Under the pieces are notes generated by a model, which had not been told where the DNA came from, made no database searches, and was given only the letters and a program-made list of their open reading frames with translations. The position numbers were made by a program, and so were the translations under genes. A DNA stretch of 64,000 nt from a virus, in the IMG/VR virus record IMGVR_UViG_3300018422_000002, positions 1 to 64,000 of that record; one strand, written 5' to 3'. Numbering within the stretch: position 1 is the stretch's first letter; the number at the start of each line of letters is the position of its first letter. Positions 32,017 through 40,003 of this stretch are shown here, in pieces.

Positions 32017-32409
32017 ATGGACTGGGCGTTCTGGGTCGGTACCACGATCTTCGTCGGTACCGTCGGTGGACTGTTCTGGATGCGGAACCATCCTCTGGTC
32101 GACGAGCACGGACGTCGTCTTCCATCGCTCGACCGGTCGACGCGCGCCGTCCTAGACGAGCTGCTGGACACCGACGACGCGCCGCGCTCCGCGTACGAGC
32201 TACGTCGACGTGTACGGTTGACGCCGGACCGCTTCAACGACCTGATGGGTCGCATGACCCTCGACGGCCTGGTCAACTGGCGACCTCCGCACAGCGTGCT
32301 CGGTAACCCGATGATCGCGCCTCACGGTCGTTATGAGTTGACCAGGGCTGGGATCGCTAGGGGTCTCGGACTCGACCGCGCGGTGGGGCGCGGTCGACAC
32401 CGCGCGTAG
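32017..32409 (+). CDS. membrane-anchored winged-helix-like protein
   Basis: 130 aa. GAAGGAG upstream. N-terminal hydrophobic helix, then a region resembling a MarR/PadR-type wHTH (weak call). Confidence 0.65.
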   Translation: MDWAFWVGTTIFVGTVGGLFWMRNHPLVDEHGRRLPSLDRSTRAVLDELLDTDDAPRSAYELRRRVRLTPDRFNDLMGRMTLDGLVNWRPPHSVLGNPMIAPHGRYELTRAGIARGLGLDRAVGRGRHRA

Positions 32410-32536
32410 CGCGAGGTCGGACACCCCGGTAGGACCGGTACTAGGACGCTGACGAGCGCGTCGTTCGCGACGAACGTGCTCACGGGGTGGTTGGGCGTTC
32501 TCTACGCAACCTGGTACCGGTCACCTCGCGCTACGC
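32404..32536 (+). ncRNA. structured element C
   Basis: Perfect 14-bp stem GCGTAGCGCGAGGT / ACCTCGCGCTACGC. Inner 7-bp stem CACCCCG/CGGGGTG. Confidence 0.35.
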
Positions 32537-32554
32537 TGCGTCGTTCACAACCCC

Positions 32555-32679
32555 GTGCTAGGTGCGTCAAGCCGTCCCGGTAGCTGACATTCAGGCGGTA
32601 AGACTCGTTCGGGAGCTTCCGAAAGACTAGGTACCGGGCCCTCCAGCTCCTGTTATGAGCGTCTCTGCGCACCTAGCAC
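32555..32679 (+). ncRNA. structured element copy B
   Basis: 12-bp closing stem 32555-32566/32668-32679. P2 is 32572-32576/32594-32598. P3 is 32610-32617/32645-32652. Ends 24 nt before the terL ATG. Confidence 0.45.
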
Positions 32680-32703
32680 ATTCCTCGCGTTACGCTGACG
32701 AGC

Positions 32704-34059
32704 ATGACCAACGAGCGCGACGTGGCAGCGGCGACCGCCCGCGCGTTCGAGCAGTACATGCTCCGGCCGCCGGAGTGGAAGCCGCACCCGCACCAGGTTC
32801 CTCCGGAGGGGGACTGGTACGGCTGGCTGTTGCTCGCTGGTCGTGGTTCCGGTAAGACCGACGCGTGCTCGAACTACGTCGCGAACCACGTCAAGGGACC
32901 GCCGTGCCTCGGCGGCGCGGCCCCCCACTGGATCAACATCATCGCGCCGACGCTCGGTGACGCCGTCACCGCCTGCTACAGCGGTCCGTCCGGCATCCGC
33001 AACCACAGCCCCGACGCGAAGATGGTTCAGACCGCCGGTGGTACCATCATTCGCTGGCCGAACGGCAGCCAGGCCAAGCTGCTGGGCGCGTCCAGTCCTG
33101 AGGACGTCGAGCGACTGCGCGCCGCCGGTAACTCGTGTGTGACGTGGGCGGAGGAGCTCGCCGCCTGGCGCTACCTAGAGCAGTGCTGGCAGCAGATGCG
33201 CTTCGGCCTCCGCTCCGGTCCGCGACCTCACTGGATCGGCAGCACGACGCCGAAGCCGCGACCGCTCATTAAGAAGCTCGCCAAGGAGACGCCGCACAAC
33301 GTCGTCGTCGTACGCGCGACGACCGACGACAACCCGTACCTAGAGTCGCACGTCCGCGAGGCCCTGTACGACGAATACGGCGGCCTGCAGATCGGTCGAC
33401 AGGAACTCTACGCGGAGATCCTCGACGAGGACAAGAACGCACTCTGGCGTCGTCAGAACATCGACGACTACCGGATCAAGCCACGTGATATGCCGTCGTT
33501 CGGTAGGATCAGCGTCGGCGTCGACCCGTCCGGTGGTGCCGGCGAGCAGGGCATCATCGTCGTCGGCAAGAGCATCAGCAACTTCATCGAGGACGGTAAG
33601 ATGAAGACGCGGATCCAGGGCTACGTCCTAGACGACCGGACCGTGACCGAGTCACCGGACGGCTGGGGTCGTGCTGTCGTCCGTGCCGCCGTCGACTGGG
33701 AGGCCGACGACGTCGTCGTCGAGGTGAACTTCGGCGGTGACATGGCCGTCGCCACCATCGCCGGTGCCGCCGAGAAGCTCGGCATCAACATCCCCGTGCG
33801 TCAGACGCGCGCGTCGCGAGGCAAGCGCGTTCGCGCCGAGCCGGTCGCCGCGCTGTCCGAGCGTGGCTACTGGCATCACGTCGGTACGTTCGAGGAGCTC
33901 GAGGACCAGCTGGTCACCTGGACCGAGGAGCTCGGCTTCTCGCCGGACCGCCTCGACGCCATGGTCTGGCCGGCGTGGCACCAGCGGATGGTGTCCGCGA
34001 GTCTACGTGGTGAGGCGAAGTTCGGTGGAGGTGTCGCCCGCCTGCAGATCGTCAGGTAG
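32704..34059 (+). CDS. terL: terminase large subunit
   Basis: 451 aa. Walker A LLAGRGSGKTDA. Position upstream of the portal gene. No SD before the ATG. Confidence 0.9.
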   Translation: MTNERDVAAATARAFEQYMLRPPEWKPHPHQVPPEGDWYGWLLLAGRGSGKTDACSNYVANHVKGPPCLGGAAPHWINIIAPTLGDAVTACYSGPSGIRNHSPDAKMVQTAGGTIIRWPNGSQAKLLGASSPEDVERLRAAGNSCVTWAEELAAWRYLEQCWQQMRFGLRSGPRPHWIGSTTPKPRPLIKKLAKETPHNVVVVRATTDDNPYLESHVREALYDEYGGLQIGRQELYAEILDEDKNALWRRQNIDDYRIKPRDMPSFGRISVGVDPSGGAGEQGIIVVGKSISNFIEDGKMKTRIQGYVLDDRTVTESPDGWGRAVVRAAVDWEADDVVVEVNFGGDMAVATIAGAAEKLGINIPVRQTRASRGKRVRAEPVAALSERGYWHHVGTFEELEDQLVTWTEELGFSPDRLDAMVWPAWHQRMVSASLRGEAKFGGGVARLQIVR

Positions 34060-34112
34060 CGACGGTATCGTTGCGATCGGCGATACCGTTCACGACACAG
34101 TGGGGGACACTG

Positions 34113-34514
34113 ATGGCCGAACACACACGACAACTTGCTGAGATCGCAAAGATCCTCGTCGACACGGCGGCGACGCTGAACGCGCGAGGTTCCGAGCTGC
34201 TCGCCATGCTGATCGACGAGCTGCCGCCGGACGAGGAGCCGGCCGCGCTGACCGCCGACGTCGCGGAGGACACCACCGACGCGACGCGCATGACGGCGCT
34301 GCTCACCTGGGACAACTCCGGTACCGACAACCACGTGACGATCGACTGGGGCGGCACCGACACCGTCGACGACGACGAGCCGGCGACCGGTACGGCCTCG
34401 TTCCAGTACGCGACGGCGGGTACCTACGACATCACGGTGACCGACCTCGAGGACAACACGCGGTACGTGACCGTCGACGTCACCGTGCCGTTTACCGTCA
34501 CCGGCGCTCCGTAA
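34113..34514 (+). CDS. PKD/Ig-like domain protein
   Basis: ORF 34071..34514 trimmed to ATG 34113. ATGTASFQYATAGTYDITVTDLEDNTRYVTVDVTV resembles a PKD domain. Confidence 0.55.
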   Translation: MAEHTRQLAEIAKILVDTAATLNARGSELLAMLIDELPPDEEPAALTADVAEDTTDATRMTALLTWDNSGTDNHVTIDWGGTDTVDDDEPATGTASFQYATAGTYDITVTDLEDNTRYVTVDVTVPFTVTGAP

Positions 34515-34534
34515 CCAGCACGTACAATACCGCG

Positions 34535-34565
34535 TGAGGACCTTCCACGTCGTGGGAGGTCCTCA
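34535..34565 (+). terminator. strong hairpin (14-bp stem, 3-nt loop)
   Basis: TGAGGACCTTCCAC-gtc-GTGGGAGGTCCTCA with one G-U pair. Lies 21 nt after the stop of 34113..34514. Confidence 0.6.
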
Positions 34566-34624
34566 TCGTCTCGACGTGAGATCGATAGCGTAGTCTGTCA
34601 CCGACACCTAGCGGAGGGACGACG

Positions 34625-35059
34625 ATGGCCGGCCAGACCAGCGGTAAGACCCGGACGACGGCGACGCCGGACAAGACCGTCACCGATACGGTGAGGACCG
34701 AGACGACGTCGCAGCGAACGACCGCGCCGACTACCGATCGACCGGCGACGACCGACCAGCGGACCGACCAGCCGGCTGCGCCGACGTCGACGCGTCCGGA
34801 ACCGTCGCGTCGCGTCGCGGTAGACGTCAGCGCGGCGACGGTCGCGACCGCGTTCGCGACCGGCGACGCGTCGCAGTCCGTTGGCTTCGTACAGCACATG
34901 CTTCGGTCGCGTGGGTTCGAGCCGGGCAACGTGAACGGCATCGCGGACCACGATACACGCGTGGCGTACGCGCGCTACCAGGAGAGCATCGGTGAGCCTC
35001 CGACCGGACTTCCGACCGCGTTCTCGCTCGACTACCTGGGGTTCGACGTCATCGGCTAG
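34625..35059 (+). CDS. protein with C-terminal peptidoglycan-binding domain
   Basis: T/P/R-rich N-terminus. C-terminal GDASQSVGFVQHMLRSRGFEPGNVNGIADHDTRVAYARYQ resembles PG_binding_1. Confidence 0.65.
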   Translation: MAGQTSGKTRTTATPDKTVTDTVRTETTSQRTTAPTTDRPATTDQRTDQPAAPTSTRPEPSRRVAVDVSAATVATAFATGDASQSVGFVQHMLRSRGFEPGNVNGIADHDTRVAYARYQESIGEPPTGLPTAFSLDYLGFDVIG

Positions 35060-35067
35060 GAGGTAAC

Positions 35068-35397
35068 GTGGCGTTCGGCTGGTTGTTCACGCTCGTCGCG
35101 TTGACGTCGTACCGTGTGACGCGACTGCTGGTCGTCGACAACTTTCCGCCGATCCTCTGGGTAAGAACTAAGTTAACCGGTGACGACGACGAGGGCGTTC
35201 GACCGGCCGCGTGGGTCCCATGGTGGCTCGAGTACCTGGCCGGCTGCTACTGGTGCGTGTCCGTGTGGGTGTCCGGTCTGGTCACTCTCGTTGTAACGTT
35301 GGCGAGCGACCTACCGTACCCGCTGCTCGTCTGGGGCGGGGCCGCCGCCGTGGCACCGTGGTTGTCGCACCTTGAGGAGTACCTGACGCGTAGGTAG
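35068..35397 (+). CDS. DUF1360-like membrane protein
   Basis: YRVTRLLVVDNFPP and CYWCVSVW motifs. Multi-pass membrane protein. Confidence 0.6.
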   Translation: MAFGWLFTLVALTSYRVTRLLVVDNFPPILWVRTKLTGDDDEGVRPAAWVPWWLEYLAGCYWCVSVWVSGLVTLVVTLASDLPYPLLVWGGAAAVAPWLSHLEEYLTRR

Positions 35398-35405
35398 GAG
35401 TGGAC

Positions 35406-37298
35406 ATGGCGTGGCCGTTCCGGCGTCGCTCCTGGACCCGTCAACACGCCGCCGCACCGTTCGTCGCGGACCCAGCGGTGACGTCGCTGGCCGACCTACC
35501 ACCGGTACCTCCCGTCGTGACCGCGACCCAGCCTGAGAGCATGACGGCCGCCGCGCTGGCGCTGACGTCGATGATCGGTGGTCGCCGCGCGCTGGTCCCG
35601 CAGTACGAGTCCTGGCAGCGTGAGCTCTGGGACTACTACGACGAGATGGGCGACTTCGGCTACGCCGTCACGTGGCGCTCGAACATGGTCTCGCGCGTTC
35701 GACTGCGGGCCGGTAAGATCGAGGCCGGCAACGACGAGCCGACCATCGTCGACGACGGCCCCGCCGCCGAGATCGTCGCCGAGCTTTCGAACGACCTGAG
35801 CAGTACCGCCGACCTAATGTCGTCGCTGTCGGTCCACCTGGACATTCCGGGTGAGGGCTGGCTCATCGGTGAGGTCATCAACGGGCGAAACCGCTGGCAG
35901 GTTCGCTCCAACGACGAACTTCGTCGTCGGGTCGAGACGTTCGAGGTGATCAGCGAGACGTCCGCGCTCGGCAACATCGAGTGGCGGCCGCTCGCGCCTG
36001 AGCACTTCATCGTCCGCATCTGGCGACCGCATAAGCGCTACCGTCACCTGCCGTACTCGCCGGCCAAGGCGGCGCGCTCGGCGATGCGTGAGCTGGAGCT
36101 CGCCAACCGTCACATTCAGGCGCAGTACCTGTCGCGCCTCGCGTCGGCCGGCGTCGTCATCTTCCCAGACGAGATCACGTTCCCGGTCCGTCCCGAGTTT
36201 CAGGACGCCGTCGACCCGTTCGTCCGCGAGTGGATCGAGACCGCGTCTGAGGCGATCAAGACGCCGGGTACCGCCGCCTCCGTCGTGCCGATCCCGATCC
36301 GCGTACCCGGCGAGTACATCGACAAGATCAAGCACATCGACTTCACGCTGAAGCTCGACGAGAAGATCATCGAGAAGCGAGACGCGGCGCGACGGGCGCT
36401 CGCGTCGATGATCAACGTCCCGACCGAGCTGCTCTTCGACGCTGGCTCGTTGAACCACTGGGGACTGTGGCAGCTCGAGGAGTCGGCGATCAAGGTGCAC
36501 ATCGCGCCGGACGTCGAGATCATGACCAACGGTCTGACCGTCGGCTACCTTCATCCACGACTGCGCGCGGAGGGCGTCGAGGACTGGGAGGACTGGGTCG
36601 TCTGGTACGACGCGTCCGAGATCATCGCGCGTCCGGACCGGTCGAACAACGTGCTCAAGGCGTACGACCGCTTTGAGGTCAACGGTAAGACGCTACGTCG
36701 AGAGATCGGACTCACCGAGGACGACGCACCCACCGACACCGAGCTGCAGGAGATGGTGCTGAAGCGACTGGCGTCGAACCCACAGATCGGCTTCCTGGTG
36801 TTGCACGAGCTGACCGGTATGCCGCTACCGGAGGAGTACCTGGCGCAGCAGCCGGACACCGACGTCACCGGCCAGCGGAACGCGAACCACCAGCGATCGG
36901 ACGCGCTTCCGGACCGGGACGACGACTACCAGGAGGGCGACGCCGGCTCGACCGGCGCCGACTCGACGAAGGCGCCGGGTGACGACCTCGACAACGTGGC
37001 GGCCCAGGTGGAGCGACGCGACGCGTTCGTGATCCTACAGGCACGATCGCAGCACGTCATGGAGTTCAACGTCACCGGCTGGAAGCTTAAGCACCCGCTG
37101 CTGTGTCAGGAGCACCTGTTCTCGTGTCCGTTCACGTACGCGACTCGCGACGGTGTGACGATCCGACCGGGAACGTCGGGCAACTACGAGTGCTTCCTCG
37201 ACGGCGGCGGCGACGTCCGGATCGGACGTCGAATCTTTGCGCGCGACGACGAGCTGCTGCCTACCGAACCGGAGCGCGTTAATGGCCACCGACGCTAG
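35406..37298 (+). CDS. portal protein
   Basis: ~630 aa, lying between terL and the protease. ATG 35406 lies 5 nt after GGAG, whereas the track start GTG 35400 abuts the SD. Confidence 0.75.
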   Translation: MAWPFRRRSWTRQHAAAPFVADPAVTSLADLPPVPPVVTATQPESMTAAALALTSMIGGRRALVPQYESWQRELWDYYDEMGDFGYAVTWRSNMVSRVRLRAGKIEAGNDEPTIVDDGPAAEIVAELSNDLSSTADLMSSLSVHLDIPGEGWLIGEVINGRNRWQVRSNDELRRRVETFEVISETSALGNIEWRPLAPEHFIVRIWRPHKRYRHLPYSPAKAARSAMRELELANRHIQAQYLSRLASAGVVIFPDEITFPVRPEFQDAVDPFVREWIETASEAIKTPGTAASVVPIPIRVPGEYIDKIKHIDFTLKLDEKIIEKRDAARRALASMINVPTELLFDAGSLNHWGLWQLEESAIKVHIAPDVEIMTNGLTVGYLHPRLRAEGVEDWEDWVVWYDASEIIARPDRSNNVLKAYDRFEVNGKTLRREIGLTEDDAPTDTELQEMVLKRLASNPQIGFLVLHELTGMPLPEEYLAQQPDTDVTGQRNANHQRSDALPDRDDDYQEGDAGSTGADSTKAPGDDLDNVAAQVERRDAFVILQARSQHVMEFNVTGWKLKHPLLCQEHLFSCPFTYATRDGVTIRPGTSGNYECFLDGGGDVRIGRRIFARDDELLPTEPERVNGHRR

Positions 37299-39795
37299 TC
37301 ACACCGGCGCGATGATCGCGCTGGTGCCGTCTGAGGCGGATCTCGACCGCCTCGTGGTCGACGGCGGTGAACCGCGTGACGAGCTACACCTGACGCTCTA
37401 CTACCTTGGTGACGCGGCCGACGTCGACGACGAGGTACGTAGGAGCATGATCACGGCGATCGGTAGCAAGATCACCGATCGCGATGAGCAGCCCGTTCAC
37501 GCGGTCGCGTTCGGCGTCGCCCAGTGGAACCCGACGAGCGACGACCCCGCGTGGGTGCTCAACGTCGGTGACTCGCCAGAGGGTGAGTCGTTGGGTTACG
37601 TCCGTGGTATGGTCGGTGAGGCGCTGTACGACGGTGGGATCGACGTCAAGATGCCGATCCAGCACACACCGTGGCAGCCGCACATCTGCCTCATCTACTC
37701 GGCCGATCAGGATCGGCACGCTGACCTACTGCGTCGCCTCGGTGATGTGACCTTTGATCGTGTAAGACTTGCGTTCGGCGGTGAGGTTACGAACCTGCCG
37801 CTGGGACGTGCTGCTACCGTAGCCTCGACGTCAGGAGGTACCATCGTGCCGTGGCACATCGTCCAGGGTCACGCCGAGTGCCCCGAGGGAAGCCCGTGGG
37901 CCGTCGTGAAGGACGCCGACGGTTCGGTGGCGGGCTGTCACGCGTCCGAGGCCGCCGCGAACGACCAGCTCGCCGCGCTGTACGCGTCCGAGAACGAGGC
38001 CACCGTGACCGACTCGATCGCCTACGTCGGTGAGACAGGTCCCGAACTAACCATGCCACCCGTCAGGACGTACGTCACACCCGTCGTCACCAACACGGCG
38101 ACGGCCACGGTCGCCGCTGCCGAGACGCTCGCATGCGCGACCGACGACTGTCCCGAGGGCCACCGGCGACTGCCGAACGGCGAGTGCCTGTCGCCCGAGG
38201 AGTACGCGACGCGCGCCGCGTGGCACGGCGTCCTCGTCGTCGAGGGCGTCACGACCGGCGACGGTCGCGAGTTCGGCGTCGACGCGCTGACCTGGGCGGA
38301 CAACGCGCTGCTTCGCTGGCAGAAGGAGGGCTCGCACGGCGGCGACCACGACGTGACGGTGTCCGTCGGTCGGATCGACGAGGTGTGGCGCGTCGGTAAC
38401 CAGGTCCGAGGTCGCGGCATGTTCGACATCGAGTCCGCCGACGGCTTCGAGATCGCACGACGCATGAAGGACAACTTCGCCGGTGGCATCTCGATCGACG
38501 CCGACGACATCCAGGACGCCGACGTCGAGTTCGTCTGGGCCGAGAACCCGGAGGGCGTCGACGAGGACGACCCACTGCTGATGCTCTTTGGTCGACCGGA
38601 GAAGGTCATCTACAACGGAGGTCGCGTTCGCGCGGCCACGCTGTGCGACATCCCGGCGTTCGTCGAGGCACGCATCCAGCTCGGCGTACCGGACGACGCG
38701 CTCATCTCTAGTGTGGTGAGCACGACCATCTCACCGGCCGTCGTCCTCGCGCACCAGACGGAGACGACCGACGGACCGTGGGACGCGACCGCGTGGCGGC
38801 GACTTCCCAACATCATGCCGTTGGCACAGGCTCGACAGGCGTACGCCTGGGTCGACGAGCCGGTCGGTGAACGCGTCGGAAAGATCAACTGTGACTACCT
38901 ACATCACGAGGTTCACGACGGTAAGGTACTCGGCGCGAACCTGACCGCGTGTGCCGTCGCCATCGCCACACTGCGAACCTCGGCGCACGGTCCTGAGGAC
39001 CGAGCCGCGATCTACGCGCACCTCGCACAGCACCTGCGCGACGCCGGCCAGGAGCCACCGCCGCTGGACGAGACCGACGCGGTGACCGCCGCGATCACGC
39101 TGGACGCGTGGCGACCGGAGCGCGCGTGGTTCGAGGATCCGCAGTTCTCGGTGCACACCGGCATCACGGTGACGGACGAGGGCCGCGTCTACGGACACGC
39201 CGCACCGTGGGGCGAGTGCCACATCGGTCACCAGCAGGAGTGCATCACGCTACCGCGCGAGGACGCGCACCCGTACTTCATGACCGGTGAGGTCGTCTGC
39301 GCCGACGGCTCACGCGTAGGCGTCGGACAGATCACGGTCGGAACCGGACACGCGCCGCTGGGCTACCGCGCGTCGCACGCGGCGGAACACTACGACAACA
39401 CGGGCGCGGCCGTCGCCGACGTCACCGTGGGCAACGACCAGTTCGGACTCTGGGTCGCCGGTGCGATCCGCCCGTCCGTGGCCGCGTCGCGCGTTCACGA
39501 GCTGCGTGCGTCCGGTCGACTGTCCGGCGACTGGCGTCGCATCGGAGGTAAGCTGCGTCTCGTCGGCCTACTGGCCGTCAACGTCCCGGGCTTCCCGCTG
39601 TCGCCACCGCGTGCACGCGTCGCGTCCGGAGCACCGCTGGCGCTGGTCGCGGCCGGTGCCGGTGCCGCACTGGGACCGGGTAACCGCATGGTCGAGCTCA
39701 CCGAGGACGACCTCAACCGCGAGGCGATGCGACGCGTCATGAACGTGCTCGCGACGCGTGTACGCCGGAACGAACACGAGATGGAGGGAGCGTAG
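37282..39795 (+). CDS. capsid maturation protease/scaffold-like fusion with N-terminal 2H-phosphoesterase (LigT)-like domain
   Basis: ATG 37282. N-terminus has HLTL and PHICL motifs ~130 aa apart. The middle and C-terminus resemble prohead protease regions (position-based call). Confidence 0.65.
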   Translation: MATDASHTGAMIALVPSEADLDRLVVDGGEPRDELHLTLYYLGDAADVDDEVRRSMITAIGSKITDRDEQPVHAVAFGVAQWNPTSDDPAWVLNVGDSPEGESLGYVRGMVGEALYDGGIDVKMPIQHTPWQPHICLIYSADQDRHADLLRRLGDVTFDRVRLAFGGEVTNLPLGRAATVASTSGGTIVPWHIVQGHAECPEGSPWAVVKDADGSVAGCHASEAAANDQLAALYASENEATVTDSIAYVGETGPELTMPPVRTYVTPVVTNTATATVAAAETLACATDDCPEGHRRLPNGECLSPEEYATRAAWHGVLVVEGVTTGDGREFGVDALTWADNALLRWQKEGSHGGDHDVTVSVGRIDEVWRVGNQVRGRGMFDIESADGFEIARRMKDNFAGGISIDADDIQDADVEFVWAENPEGVDEDDPLLMLFGRPEKVIYNGGRVRAATLCDIPAFVEARIQLGVPDDALISSVVSTTISPAVVLAHQTETTDGPWDATAWRRLPNIMPLAQARQAYAWVDEPVGERVGKINCDYLHHEVHDGKVLGANLTACAVAIATLRTSAHGPEDRAAIYAHLAQHLRDAGQEPPPLDETDAVTAAITLDAWRPERAWFEDPQFSVHTGITVTDEGRVYGHAAPWGECHIGHQQECITLPREDAHPYFMTGEVVCADGSRVGVGQITVGTGHAPLGYRASHAAEHYDNTGAAVADVTVGNDQFGLWVAGAIRPSVAASRVHELRASGRLSGDWRRIGGKLRLVGLLAVNVPGFPLSPPRARVASGAPLALVAAGAGAALGPGNRMVELTEDDLNREAMRRVMNVLATRVRRNEHEMEGA

Positions 39796-39796
39796 C

Positions 39797-39937
39797 ATGT
39801 GTAACTGTCGTAAGAGGCGTCGTCCGGTACTGACGCCGCAGGAGGTACCCACACCGGTTCCCGCGACGTCCACCGTCGCACCGGCCGTCACCGCCGGCGG
39901 GCAGCCTACCCCGGTACCCTCACCGGAGCGACGTTAG
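39797..39937 (+). CDS. small basic/Pro-rich protein
   Basis: 46-aa ORF, not in the track. ATG lies 1 nt after the upstream stop. Confidence 0.4.
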   Translation: MCNCRKRRRPVLTPQEVPTPVPATSTVAPAVTAGGQPTPVPSPERR

Positions 39938-40003
39938 CCTGTTAGTCTGCAACATATAGAGTCAAGCGGGAGTGCCCGCACGCTCTTCATCTAGGAGGTA
40001 GGT

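Noticed and set aside
31514-32276. Minus-strand ORFs 31514-31735, 31783-31995, 31916-32125 and 31923-32276
   Set aside because: They cross the structured elements or lie antisense to 32017-32409. Composition is poor and there are no RBSs. The region is better explained by conserved stems.
31600-32700. tRNA or tmRNA in the non-coding region (and elsewhere in the window)
   Set aside because: I could find no cloverleaf with a GTTCRANYC-type T-loop and matching acceptor stem. The elements are ~122 nt with a different helix layout. A tRNAscan-SE or ARAGORN run would settle the question.
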